Below, one piece after another: positions 10,952 to 19,607 of a stretch of DNA of 64,000 nucleotides. Within the stretch, counting starts at the first letter, position 1; each line of letters opens with the position of its first letter. This stretch comes from Myxococcota bacterium (lineage in GTDB: Bacteria > Myxococcota_A > UBA796 > CAJQPC01). Below the pieces are notes generated by a model, which did no database searches, was not told the origin of the DNA, and saw only the letters and a list, made by a program, of their open reading frames with translations. Where the stretch lies: assembly GCA_036012755.1 (NCBI GenBank), contig DASCPX010000137.1:96001-160000 (forward strand), written 5' to 3'. A program made the translations under genes and the position numbers.

Positions 10952-12786
10952 CGAGGCGTGATGACCCCTACCCAGAGCTTCTGAGCGAAGAAGAGGTCGA
11001 CCGCCGGGATCTCGATGTGGCCCATGTCGGCCTCTTCCTTGAGGATCGCGTGGGCCCGGTCGACGGTCATCGCGGACTTGTAGGGCCGGTCTCCTGCGCA
11101 GAGGGCGTCGAAGATGTCCGTGATGGTCATGATGCGCGCGCCGTAGGGGATCTGCGCCCCCTTGAGGCCCAGCGGGTAGCCCGTGCCGTCGAGCTTCTCG
11201 TGGTGTGCGTGGGCCAGCTCGGGCACGTTCTTGAGGTGGCGTGTCCAGGGGATGATCTTGAGGAAGTTGTAGGTGTGCGTGACGTGCCGCTCGATGGCGC
11301 GGCGCTCGTCCTCGTCCAGGCTCCCCCGCGGGATGCACAGCCGCGTGACGTCACGCGAGGTCAGGACGGATTCGTCCAGGGCGTCGATGTACCAGCGTTC
11401 GGCGATCTCGATCAGGGAGTCGACGTCCATCACCTTGAACTTGAAGCCCGGCTTGTTCATGCGCTGGATGTGGACGAGGTCGTCGTCGAGCTGGTGGAGG
11501 TTGACCTGGAGCTCCATGTCGTCGGCCTTCTGGCGACGGAGGAGCTCGAGTCGGGCCTGCATCGCCGCGAGCCGGAAGCGGCCTTCGATCTTCTCGAGCT
11601 CCCATGGGTAGAGCTTGTCCGCCTTCAGCAGCACCTGCTCCGGCACGCCGATCTTGCCGAAGTCGTGCAGCACGGAGGCGTAGTGAAGCTCCTCGAGCTC
11701 CGGGTTCGAGAAGCGGATCTCGCGGAAGTGCTTGTCGTCGCTGTCGTTGACCGCTTGGGCCAGCGCAGTCGTGAGCCGCGCGACCCGGTTGCTGTGACCG
11801 GCCGTGCTCGGATCTCGAGCTTCGATGACCGTCACCGCCGCGGTGACGAAGCTGTCGAAGAGGTTTCGGATGTCCGAGTAGAGCCGGTGGTTCTCCATCG
11901 CGACCGCGGCCTGGGAGGTGATGGAGCGGGCCAGGGCCGCGTCCCGATCGCTGAAGGGGAGCACGCGGTCGAAGCTGGCCAGCGGGATCCCGTGGACGGA
12001 CTTCCGGTTGTAGGTACCCAGCACGCCGATGACGGCCCCGTCCCGGTCCAGCATCGGCACCAACAGCGCGGACCTGGTCTTGTAGCCCAGGGCCTTGTCG
12101 TTCTGGTGGTTCAGCCGGTAGGGGGCGTTGGCGGGGACCCGGTCGAGGTCGTCGATCTTCAACAGCTGACCGCGGTTCGCCACGAAGCCTGCCAACGAGC
12201 TGTCGTCGATTGGCATCGCCTCGCGGTTCGGCTTGAAGTCGACGGTGTCGTTCTGGGCCGCAGCGAAGATGAGCTCGTCGCCTTCCTTCAGGAAGATGCT
12301 GCCACTGTCTGCCCGCAGCGCGCGGCGCGCGTGGGTCAGGATGCGGTGGAGCAGATCCTGGCTGTCGGTGATGGCGGAGAGCGCGAAGCCGATCTCGTTG
12401 AGGATCTGGACCGTCTCTCGTTCGTCGTGCATGCGCGATCGGAGGCGCTCGATGTCGACGAGGTTGCGTAGCGCTCGGCTCATGCGCAGGTCGACCTCGT
12501 CGGGTCGCACGATGTCGTAGCAGTCGAGGTCGTTTCGCGGAGAGATGGCGATCACCCGTCGACCGAGGCGCTGAGCGACCATCACCCGGGTGAGATCGAC
12601 GACGAGGATGCGCCCGGTCACGTCGGCTGGAGAGGCGAGGTCGACGGGGACGAACTGGGCGCCCGCGCGCTGGGCGCAGCCTTTCACGATGTTGGCGAAG
12701 GGCGAGGTCGCCGGCACCATGGCGACCTCGACGCGTGGGGCTTCACGCGTGGGGCGTGGGTTGACTGTCACCGCGGGGCCGCTCAC
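10948..12786 (-). CDS. GAF + HD-GYP cyclic dinucleotide phosphodiesterase
   Basis: GAF region (SLAGFVA...TRSALLVPM); TAGHSNRV, LHDFGKIG, HHEKLDGTGYP, DIFDAL, DRPYK. Start uncertain. Confidence 0.9.
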   Translation of the reverse strand: MSGPAVTVNPRPTREAPRVEVAMVPATSPFANIVKGCAQRAGAQFVPVDLASPADVTGRILVVDLTRVMVAQRLGRRVIAISPRNDLDCYDIVRPDEVDLRMSRALRNLVDIERLRSRMHDERETVQILNEIGFALSAITDSQDLLHRILTHARRALRADSGSIFLKEGDELIFAAAQNDTVDFKPNREAMPIDDSSLAGFVANRGQLLKIDDLDRVPANAPYRLNHQNDKALGYKTRSALLVPMLDRDGAVIGVLGTYNRKSVHGIPLASFDRVLPFSDRDAALARSITSQAAVAMENHRLYSDIRNLFDSFVTAAVTVIEARDPSTAGHSNRVARLTTALAQAVNDSDDKHFREIRFSNPELEELHYASVLHDFGKIGVPEQVLLKADKLYPWELEKIEGRFRLAAMQARLELLRRQKADDMELQVNLHQLDDDLVHIQRMNKPGFKFKVMDVDSLIEIAERWYIDALDESVLTSRDVTRLCIPRGSLDEDERRAIERHVTHTYNFLKIIPWTRHLKNVPELAHAHHEKLDGTGYPLGLKGAQIPYGARIMTITDIFDALCAGDRPYKSAMTVDRAHAILKEEADMGHIEIPAVDLFFAQKLWVGVITPR

Positions 12787-12917
12787 TAGGGGGAGAGGGT
12801 ACCGCGCCCATCAGCTCGTGGACACCCGGACTTCCGGGTTCGCGGCCCGTCGCCGGTGCCCATGCACGTCCACAGCCGCCGCGCTATCGGGGCGCCTCCA
12901 ACCAAGGGGTCGGTGTC

Positions 12918-14048
12918 ATGTCCAAGCGCATCCTCATCGCTGGGAGCGGTGGAATCGGTCGTGCGGTGGGCCTCCTGCTGCGCGAGCTCGGTGAGCTCGA
13001 CGTCGAACTCATCTTCGGCGACGCCGACCCCCAACAGGTCGCATCCGCTGTCGAGTTCGCTGGCGGCGGGGACAGCGTGGGCATTCCCTTCAACGGCTCG
13101 ACGCCGGAGCTCGACCGCGCGCTGGCCTCGGCGGATCTCGTGCTCGACTGCCTCCCGGGTGGGCAGGCGACGCGCGTCGCTGCCTGGGCCCTGGAGCATG
13201 GCTGCCACTACGCCAACCTCACCGAGTACGTCGCCCAGACCAACCTCATCCTGGAGATGACCCGAGAGGCCCAGACGGGCTTCGCGCTCCAGTGTGGGCT
13301 CGCGCCGGGCTTCGTGAACGTGCTCGGGAACAAGCTCTTCCAGGACTTCACGCGCCGCTTCGGGGTCGACAAAGTCGACGTGCTGAAGATGCGCGTCGGT
13401 GCGCTCACCCGCAACGCCGAAGCGCCTCACTTCTATGGCTTCACCTGGAGCCCCATCGGGGTCGCCACCGAGTACGTCAGGAACGCGGTCGTCGTGCGCG
13501 ACTGGAACCGGACGAGCCTCGACAGCCTCGCCGAGGTCCAGAGGTTGCTCATCGACGGCGTGCCCTACGAGGAGGCCACGACCTCTGGTGGGGCCGCGGA
13601 CATGCCGACGGCGCTGTCCGGGCGAGTCCGTCACCTCGACTACAAGACTCTTCGCTACCCGGGGCACTGGGCCTGGGTCCGTCGCCAGCTGGATGCGATC
13701 GGCGAGGTCCCCGACCGGGTCGCGCAGCTCCAGGACCGCATGCTCAGCGCGATCCCGCAGATGCAGGACGACATCGTCGTCATCTACGCCGCCTGCGAAG
13801 GCCGGACTCCCTCTGGTCGCAGACGCCTCGACGCTGCCTACAAGGTCTTCCCCATGGAGCTCGGCGGCCAGCGCCTCCGAGCCATCCAGTCGACCACCGC
13901 CGCGGGCCTCGCCGAGTGCGCGCGCATCCTGCTCACAGAGGACGTCCGGGGTGCCCTCCTGCAGAGCCAGCTCGGCTGCGAGGACTACCTGAACGGGCCC
14001 TACTGCTCTGCGGTGTACGGCCACCCGCTGAGCGAGCAGCTCGGGTAG
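12918..14048 (+). CDS. Saccharopine dehydrogenase / lysine 6-dehydrogenase family oxidoreductase
   Basis: GSGGIG Rossmann motif, CGLAPGF, FTWSPIG, TSGG, LDYKTLRYPGH. Confidence 0.88.
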   Translation: MSKRILIAGSGGIGRAVGLLLRELGELDVELIFGDADPQQVASAVEFAGGGDSVGIPFNGSTPELDRALASADLVLDCLPGGQATRVAAWALEHGCHYANLTEYVAQTNLILEMTREAQTGFALQCGLAPGFVNVLGNKLFQDFTRRFGVDKVDVLKMRVGALTRNAEAPHFYGFTWSPIGVATEYVRNAVVVRDWNRTSLDSLAEVQRLLIDGVPYEEATTSGGAADMPTALSGRVRHLDYKTLRYPGHWAWVRRQLDAIGEVPDRVAQLQDRMLSAIPQMQDDIVVIYAACEGRTPSGRRRLDAAYKVFPMELGGQRLRAIQSTTAAGLAECARILLTEDVRGALLQSQLGCEDYLNGPYCSAVYGHPLSEQLG

Positions 14049-14072
14049 GATTCTGCCTCTCAGGAGGTCTGT

Positions 14073-14792
14073 ATGAGCCGTCTTCAAGACCAGGTCGTGT
14101 GCATCACGGGTGCCGGGAGGGGCTTGGGCAAGGCCCTCACGCTCGCCTTCGACGCGGAGGGGGCGCGGCTGTCGCTGGCGGCGAGGACCGCTCCTGAGAT
14201 CGACGAGATCACCAGCGGGTGCCGCGATGCGATCTCGGTCCAGACCGACGTCCGGGTGCCCGGCGAGGTCTACGCCTTGGTCGAGGCCACCGTCGGCGAG
14301 TTCGGACGCCTGGACATCATGATCAACAACGCCGGCGTCGCCATCTACGGGCCGGTCGGCTCATACACGACGCAGGAGATCGACCAGATCATCGACACCA
14401 ACGTCAAGGGCGTGATCTTCGGCAGCCAGGTGGCGCTGGAGGCCATGAAGGCCCAGCGCAGCGGCTTCATCGTCAACATCGGCAGCATCGCGGGCAAGAT
14501 GCACCTCGTGAACGAGTCGGTCTACGTCGCGAGCAAGTGGGCCGTCACCGGGTACTCGGGGGTCTTGTGGCAGGAGGCGCGCAAGTTCGGCGTGCGCGTC
14601 TGCAACGTCTGCCCAGGCGGGATCGACACCTCGTTCTGGAAGACACAGGAGTTCCTGCCCTTCCCGGACCGCTTCGATCCCGAGCGCGACTTCCTGAAGC
14701 CCGAGCTCATCGCTCAGAGCATCATCGAGCTCGTCTGCCAGCCGGCGTCGACCTGCACCTCCGAGCTGGTGATCCAGCCGGTGCTGTTCTGA
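14073..14792 (+). CDS. SDR family oxidoreductase
   Basis: TGAGRGLG, NNAG, YVASK. Confidence 0.93.
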   Translation: MSRLQDQVVCITGAGRGLGKALTLAFDAEGARLSLAARTAPEIDEITSGCRDAISVQTDVRVPGEVYALVEATVGEFGRLDIMINNAGVAIYGPVGSYTTQEIDQIIDTNVKGVIFGSQVALEAMKAQRSGFIVNIGSIAGKMHLVNESVYVASKWAVTGYSGVLWQEARKFGVRVCNVCPGGIDTSFWKTQEFLPFPDRFDPERDFLKPELIAQSIIELVCQPASTCTSELVIQPVLF

Positions 14793-15163
14793 TGGAGGTC
14801 CCCCTCCCACTGGGGGACGTGCTCGATCGCATCACCATCCTCCGCATCAAGGTCCGCCGCATCGAGGACGTCGCCAAGCGCCTCCACGCTCGCCGCGAGC
14901 TGAAGCTGCTCGAGCGCCGCTGGTCGATGCTCGGCTACGGTCGCCTCCCCGAGGAGGGCGAGCTCGAGGGCGTCAACGAGATGCTGTGGGAGGTCGAGGA
15001 TCGCCTCCGCGCGATGGAGGCGAGACAGGACTTCGACGAGGACTTCGTCGAGGCCGCTCGGAGTGTCTACCGGCTCAACGATCGTCGGGCGGCGCTGAAA
15101 GCAGCCGTCAACGAGGCCCTCGACTCCGAGCTGGTAGAGGTGAAGAGCTACCACTCCTACTGA
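14792..15163 (+). CDS. DUF6165-like protein
   Basis: MEVPLPLGDVLDRITILRIK...LWEVEDRLR...ARSVYRLNDRRAALK...EVKSY; TGATG coupling to the SDR gene. Confidence 0.75.
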   Translation: MEVPLPLGDVLDRITILRIKVRRIEDVAKRLHARRELKLLERRWSMLGYGRLPEEGELEGVNEMLWEVEDRLRAMEARQDFDEDFVEAARSVYRLNDRRAALKAAVNEALDSELVEVKSYHSY

Positions 15164-15809
15164 AGCGACCCACCAGCAACAGCAGGAGCGCCCCGAAGCC
15201 AAAGGACAGCGGGTTCACGTGGCTGCAGCCCGCGTCCTCCGTCGCCGCGACGTCCCCGTCTTCGGGACCCACGCTCTTGTCGGGGGCCTTGCTCTTGGCG
15301 CCCCCTTCTTCCAGGCGGCAGCTGGTCGCGCTGGCCTCGGCGACCCGGTAGACGTCCAGGCGCTCGTCGGGTGTGCCGATGATCGCGCTGGTGACGGTGG
15401 AGATCGTGGTTCCGCAGGCGACGCGGGACTCCGGCACGGCGTAGGTCGGCTCGAAGCGGCTGATGTGCGCGCAGCCGATGCCCTGCTCGCAGAGCTCCTC
15501 CTGGCGCCGGACGTCCTCTGCCGTGACCGTCGCCCAGGCGTCGTAGTCGGCGCGGGTCATCAGGTACATGGTGGCGCTGCCCATGCCCGAGCTGCGCGAG
15601 GCGCCGTTGGCGAGCCGGGCTTCGTTGGACTCGTGGTCGAAGACCCGGTAGGCGGACAGCTCGCCATCACCCGCGTCCTGCATTGCGAGCAAGACGATGT
15701 CCGGGTGCGCCTCGAGCCCCTCGATCCGCAAGCTGTGGGTGATGTGTTTCTTGCCCGTCGGGGCGTCAGGGATGATGTCGGCCAGGGCGAGGGAGCAGAG
15801 CAGCAGCAT
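15108..15809 (-). CDS. Exported hypothetical protein with MYXO-CTERM-like C-terminal anchor
   Basis: MLLLCSLALA leader; C-terminal DAGCSH...FGALLLLLVGRFSR. Confidence 0.65.
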   Translation of the reverse strand: MLLLCSLALADIIPDAPTGKKHITHSLRIEGLEAHPDIVLLAMQDAGDGELSAYRVFDHESNEARLANGASRSSGMGSATMYLMTRADYDAWATVTAEDVRRQEELCEQGIGCAHISRFEPTYAVPESRVACGTTISTVTSAIIGTPDERLDVYRVAEASATSCRLEEGGAKSKAPDKSVGPEDGDVAATEDAGCSHVNPLSFGFGALLLLLVGRFSRSGSSSPLPARSRGPR

Positions 15810-15831
15810 GGGTGCATCGTAAGCTCGATGG

Positions 15832-16455
15832 GTGCTCCTGATTGGCCTCGTGTTCGCGGAACCGGTCCACCTCGTCGCCGTCGACGCCCACGGGCGAGTC
15901 GTCGAGGAGGCTGTGTGGACAGCGGAGGCGGGAGAGGTGGCGCGAACCGGTGACGGGACGGTGGAGCTGCCACCTGGTCACCACCGCCTCGCGGTCAGCG
16001 CCGAAGGCTTCTTCGGGGCCACCGTCGATCTGGACGTCCGGGCAGGAAAGACCGGGGAGATCCAGGCCGTGCTGGATGCCTCGATGGTGACCTTGGAGGA
16101 GCGGCGCATCGTCATCCACGACGCGATCTACTTCGAGACCAACAAGGCCATCATCAAGCCGGAGAGCCACGATCTCTGCCGGCAGATCGCCCGGCTGATC
16201 GTGGAGCATCCCGAGCTGCGGCTCGTCAGCGTGGAGGGGCACGCCGACGCTCGGGGCACAGAGGACTTCAACCTCGAGCTGTCCACCCGTCGCGCTGCGG
16301 CGGTGGTCGACTTCCTCGTCGGCCAGGGAGTGAGTTCCGAGCGTCTGCAGTCCCGCGGCTGGGGCGAGCTCCGCCCTGTGGTCGAGGGAGTCGACGAGGA
16401 GGCCTGGTCCCAGAACCGGCGAGTCGAGTTCCTGGTGGTCGAGCGCGCCGACTGA
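15832..16455 (+). CDS. OmpA-family peptidoglycan-binding protein with PEGA-like N-terminal domain
   Basis: IYFETNKAII, VEGHADARG, NLELSTRRAAAV, NRRVEF. Confidence 0.9.
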   Translation: MLLIGLVFAEPVHLVAVDAHGRVVEEAVWTAEAGEVARTGDGTVELPPGHHRLAVSAEGFFGATVDLDVRAGKTGEIQAVLDASMVTLEERRIVIHDAIYFETNKAIIKPESHDLCRQIARLIVEHPELRLVSVEGHADARGTEDFNLELSTRRAAAVVDFLVGQGVSSERLQSRGWGELRPVVEGVDEEAWSQNRRVEFLVVERAD

Positions 16456-16507
16456 CACCGCCCTGATACCGGCCGGCCGGGATCGGGCGTCACCTTGGAG
16501 AGCGGTG

Positions 16508-17383
16508 ATGGGTTCCCTCCTGCTCTTTGCGTGCCGCGCTCCGGTCGAGGACCAGATCCCGGCGGACGCGGAAGCTGCGCTCGCCAGCTGCGACGTCTCG
16601 GAGGAGCGAGCCGCGGTCGCCACGGCCAGCGCCGAGTTCGAGGTGCCCGTCTGCCTGCACGCCGTCTGGCCGAGCGAAGGAGCCGCCGAGCGCCGCTTCG
16701 ACGACGAGCTCGCGGAGGGCACGGAGAACCGCCACATCGACCGGGTCAACCGCCTGCTGCGCGGGGCCCCCAACGGCGAGGACGACGAGCGCACGCTGGA
16801 CACGGGGATCCAGCTCGTGCTCGCGAGTCTCGAGGTCCACGCCGACAAGGAGCTCGTCGAGCTCGGGGATGTCGCCGACCACCAGGTGGCGCTCGAGACC
16901 CTCGGCGCGACCTGGAACCGGTCTGGCTGTGTGAACGTCTACGTGCTCTTCAACGACGACGCTGTCTGGGACGGAGCCTTCGCCAGCTACCCGGGCCGAC
17001 CGGAGCTCGGAGGCATCGTCACGGTCAACCAGCCCGACGAGCGCAGGCTGGCCCACGAGTGGGGACACGTGCTCGGGCTGCGCCACACCCACGAGGAGGG
17101 CTACGGCGCGGAGTGGGAGGGCGACTGCGACGTCACCGGCGACCTGCTGTGCGACACCCCCGCCGATCCCGGCCCGGAGCGCTGCCGCCAATGGAACGAC
17201 AGCGACGCGGAGGTCAGCTGGGTCGAGTGCCCCGAGCGCTTCGCCTCGATCGAGGACGAGGTCCCGCTCGACAACCTCATGTCCTACTGGGAGCCCCCCT
17301 GGACCTCGCAGGGCTTCAGCTCCGAGCAGATCGAGCGCATGCACTGCACCTGGAGGCAGGGCCAGGAGCTGATCGTTCCATAG
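16508..17383 (+). CDS. Zinc metalloprotease lipoprotein (M43/pappalysin-like)
   Basis: HEWGHVLGLRHTH zinc motif, GDLLCDTPAD, NLMSY Met-turn. Confidence 0.85.
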   Translation: MGSLLLFACRAPVEDQIPADAEAALASCDVSEERAAVATASAEFEVPVCLHAVWPSEGAAERRFDDELAEGTENRHIDRVNRLLRGAPNGEDDERTLDTGIQLVLASLEVHADKELVELGDVADHQVALETLGATWNRSGCVNVYVLFNDDAVWDGAFASYPGRPELGGIVTVNQPDERRLAHEWGHVLGLRHTHEEGYGAEWEGDCDVTGDLLCDTPADPGPERCRQWNDSDAEVSWVECPERFASIEDEVPLDNLMSYWEPPWTSQGFSSEQIERMHCTWRQGQELIVP

Positions 17384-17421
17384 CTCCCGCGCAGCACGAT
17401 CAGGCGGGCTAAGGTCTCTGT

Positions 17422-18282
17422 ATGCCCCTGCTCCTCATCGCCTGTCTCGGCATGGACACGCTGGTCCAGGAGCCCAGAGGTGAGGGCAGGCCCCCCCTCG
17501 GCGGAGCCACGGATCTGGACACCTCCGAGGCGCCTGACACCGGCCTCCAGAACAACGGGGACAAGGAGCCTCAGGACACCGACGAGCAAGAGGAGCCTCC
17601 AAAGGACAACAACCCGGTGATCACCGCCTTCGCCGCGAGCGAGGAGGACTCGAAGGTGCGCTTCACCTTCGGGCTCGAGGACCCGGACGAGGATCTTGGC
17701 GGTGGCGAGGTGACCGTCGAGTGCGACGGGACAGAGGTCCGCTACGACTACCCGGGGGAGATGCGCTGGACCGACGGCGGCTCCCCCTTCGTGCTCTGGG
17801 AGCTGGACGACTTCGTCCCCGAGGAGAAGGTCACCTGTCGAATCCAGGCCACGGACGGCGCCGGGAACGCTGCCGAGCCGAAGACCACGACCTTCACCCG
17901 CGCCAACTTCATCCGCGAGATCACAGAGGGCGGCGACACCCAGGGCACCAGCGAGGGCATCGGCAGGATCCCGGTACCAGCCACCATCCGGGGGAGCATG
18001 TACGGCACGGGGAACAACGGCTACGCCTTCACAGAGGACATCGACTTCGTGAAGTTCAGCGTAGAGGACACGGGCTCCCGTGAGTTCACGCTGAACTGGA
18101 CCGAGACCTCCGCGGACTACGACCTCTACCTCCTGGTCTCAGGGGCCGAGACGCTGGCGGCCTCCGCCACCTACGACTACCCGGAGTCACTCACCTACGA
18201 GCTCCAGGCAGACACCACCTACTTCTTCGCCGTCGCAGGCTGGTCTGGACCGCCCGGAGACTGGACACTTCGGATCGAGTAG
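17422..18282 (+). CDS. Lipoprotein with Ig-like and PPC-like domains
   Basis: MPLLLIAC leader; DIDFVKF...ADYDLYL...WTLRIE. Confidence 0.7.
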   Translation: MPLLLIACLGMDTLVQEPRGEGRPPLGGATDLDTSEAPDTGLQNNGDKEPQDTDEQEEPPKDNNPVITAFAASEEDSKVRFTFGLEDPDEDLGGGEVTVECDGTEVRYDYPGEMRWTDGGSPFVLWELDDFVPEEKVTCRIQATDGAGNAAEPKTTTFTRANFIREITEGGDTQGTSEGIGRIPVPATIRGSMYGTGNNGYAFTEDIDFVKFSVEDTGSREFTLNWTETSADYDLYLLVSGAETLAASATYDYPESLTYELQADTTYFFAVAGWSGPPGDWTLRIE

Positions 18283-18284
18283 CC

Positions 18285-19607
18285 ATGAGCAAGACAACCG
18301 CCCTGGTCCTGGCTGCCGGGAAGGGCACCCGCATGCGCTCGAGCCTGGCCAAGGTCCTGCATCCCCTCTGTGGGAGGCCGATGGTCGGCTGGGTCGTCGA
18401 AGCCTGTCACGAGGCCGGGCTCACCCCCGTCGTGGTGGTCGGGCACCAGGCCGAGGCGGTGCGCGACGCGCTCCCGGGGATCGAGACCGTGCTCCAGGCC
18501 GAGCAGCGTGGGACGGGACACGCCGTCCAGTGTGCGGCGACGGCCCTGCCGATGGAGGGGACCCTGGTCGTCCTCGCCGGTGACACCCCGCGCCTCCGCA
18601 GTGCGACCCTCGCTGCCCTGGTCGAGCGACACCAGCTCAGCGGCGCCCGGTGCACGGTCCTTACGATGCCGTGTTCACCGGAGACGGCCTACGGTCGGAT
18701 CGTGCGGGACGATGCCGGAGAGGTCCTTCGCATCGTCGAGGCCGCCAACGCCACCGCGGAGGAACTCGCCATCACGGAGGCGAACTCGGGCACCTACGCT
18801 TTCGACGCCCGCTGGCTGATCGAGGAGGTGCTGCCTGCCTTGGAGCCCCATCCCCCGAAGGGCGAGCTCTACCTGACGGACGCCATCGAGGCCGCCGCCG
18901 GGCACCTCGAGGCCCACCTGCACCCGGACGCCGGGGAACTGGCCGGAGTCAACGACCGCCAGGCCCTGCACGAGGCCGAAGGGGCGCTTCAGGAGCGCAT
19001 CAACCGCCGCTGGCGTCGAGCCGGCGTCAGCATCCGGGGCCCCGCCCACATCGACGCGGACGTGATCCTGGAAGAGGACGTCACGCTTCACCCCGGGGTC
19101 GTCCTGCGGGGGGACACGTGCGTCGCCGGCGGCACCACCATCTACGCCTACAGCGTCCTGGAGAGCGCCCGGGTCGGGAGGGACTGTCGGATCGGGCCCT
19201 TCGCTCGCCTGCGCGAAGGCACGGTGGTCGATGACGACGTCAAGATCGGCAACTTCGTCGAGACCAAGAAGGCCCACCTCCACGAGGGCGTGAAGGCCGG
19301 GCACCTCTCCTACCTGGGGGACGCCGAGATCGGCGCCGAGACCAACATCGGCGCGGGCACGATCACCTGCAACTACGACGGCTACGCCAAGCACAAGACG
19401 ACCATCGGCGAGCGCGTCTTCATCGGCTCGAACTCGAGCCTCGTGGCCCCGGTGTCCGTCGGGGACGATGCCCTGGTCGGGGCCGGCTCGACCATCACGC
19501 AGGACGTCCCCGGCGACGCGCTGGCCTTGAGCCGGGGCCGCCAGAAGAGCTTCCCCGGACGGGCCAAGGACCTGAAGGCCAACCTGAAGAAGAAGGCCGG
19601 GAAGTGA
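18285..19607 (+). CDS. glmU: Bifunctional UDP-GlcNAc pyrophosphorylase / glucosamine-1-phosphate acetyltransferase
   Basis: LAAGKGTRMRS, GTGHAV, GELYLTD, GNFVETK, HLSYLGDA, NYDG and hexapeptide repeats. Confidence 0.97.
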   Translation: MSKTTALVLAAGKGTRMRSSLAKVLHPLCGRPMVGWVVEACHEAGLTPVVVVGHQAEAVRDALPGIETVLQAEQRGTGHAVQCAATALPMEGTLVVLAGDTPRLRSATLAALVERHQLSGARCTVLTMPCSPETAYGRIVRDDAGEVLRIVEAANATAEELAITEANSGTYAFDARWLIEEVLPALEPHPPKGELYLTDAIEAAAGHLEAHLHPDAGELAGVNDRQALHEAEGALQERINRRWRRAGVSIRGPAHIDADVILEEDVTLHPGVVLRGDTCVAGGTTIYAYSVLESARVGRDCRIGPFARLREGTVVDDDVKIGNFVETKKAHLHEGVKAGHLSYLGDAEIGAETNIGAGTITCNYDGYAKHKTTIGERVFIGSNSSLVAPVSVGDDALVGAGSTITQDVPGDALALSRGRQKSFPGRAKDLKANLKKKAGK

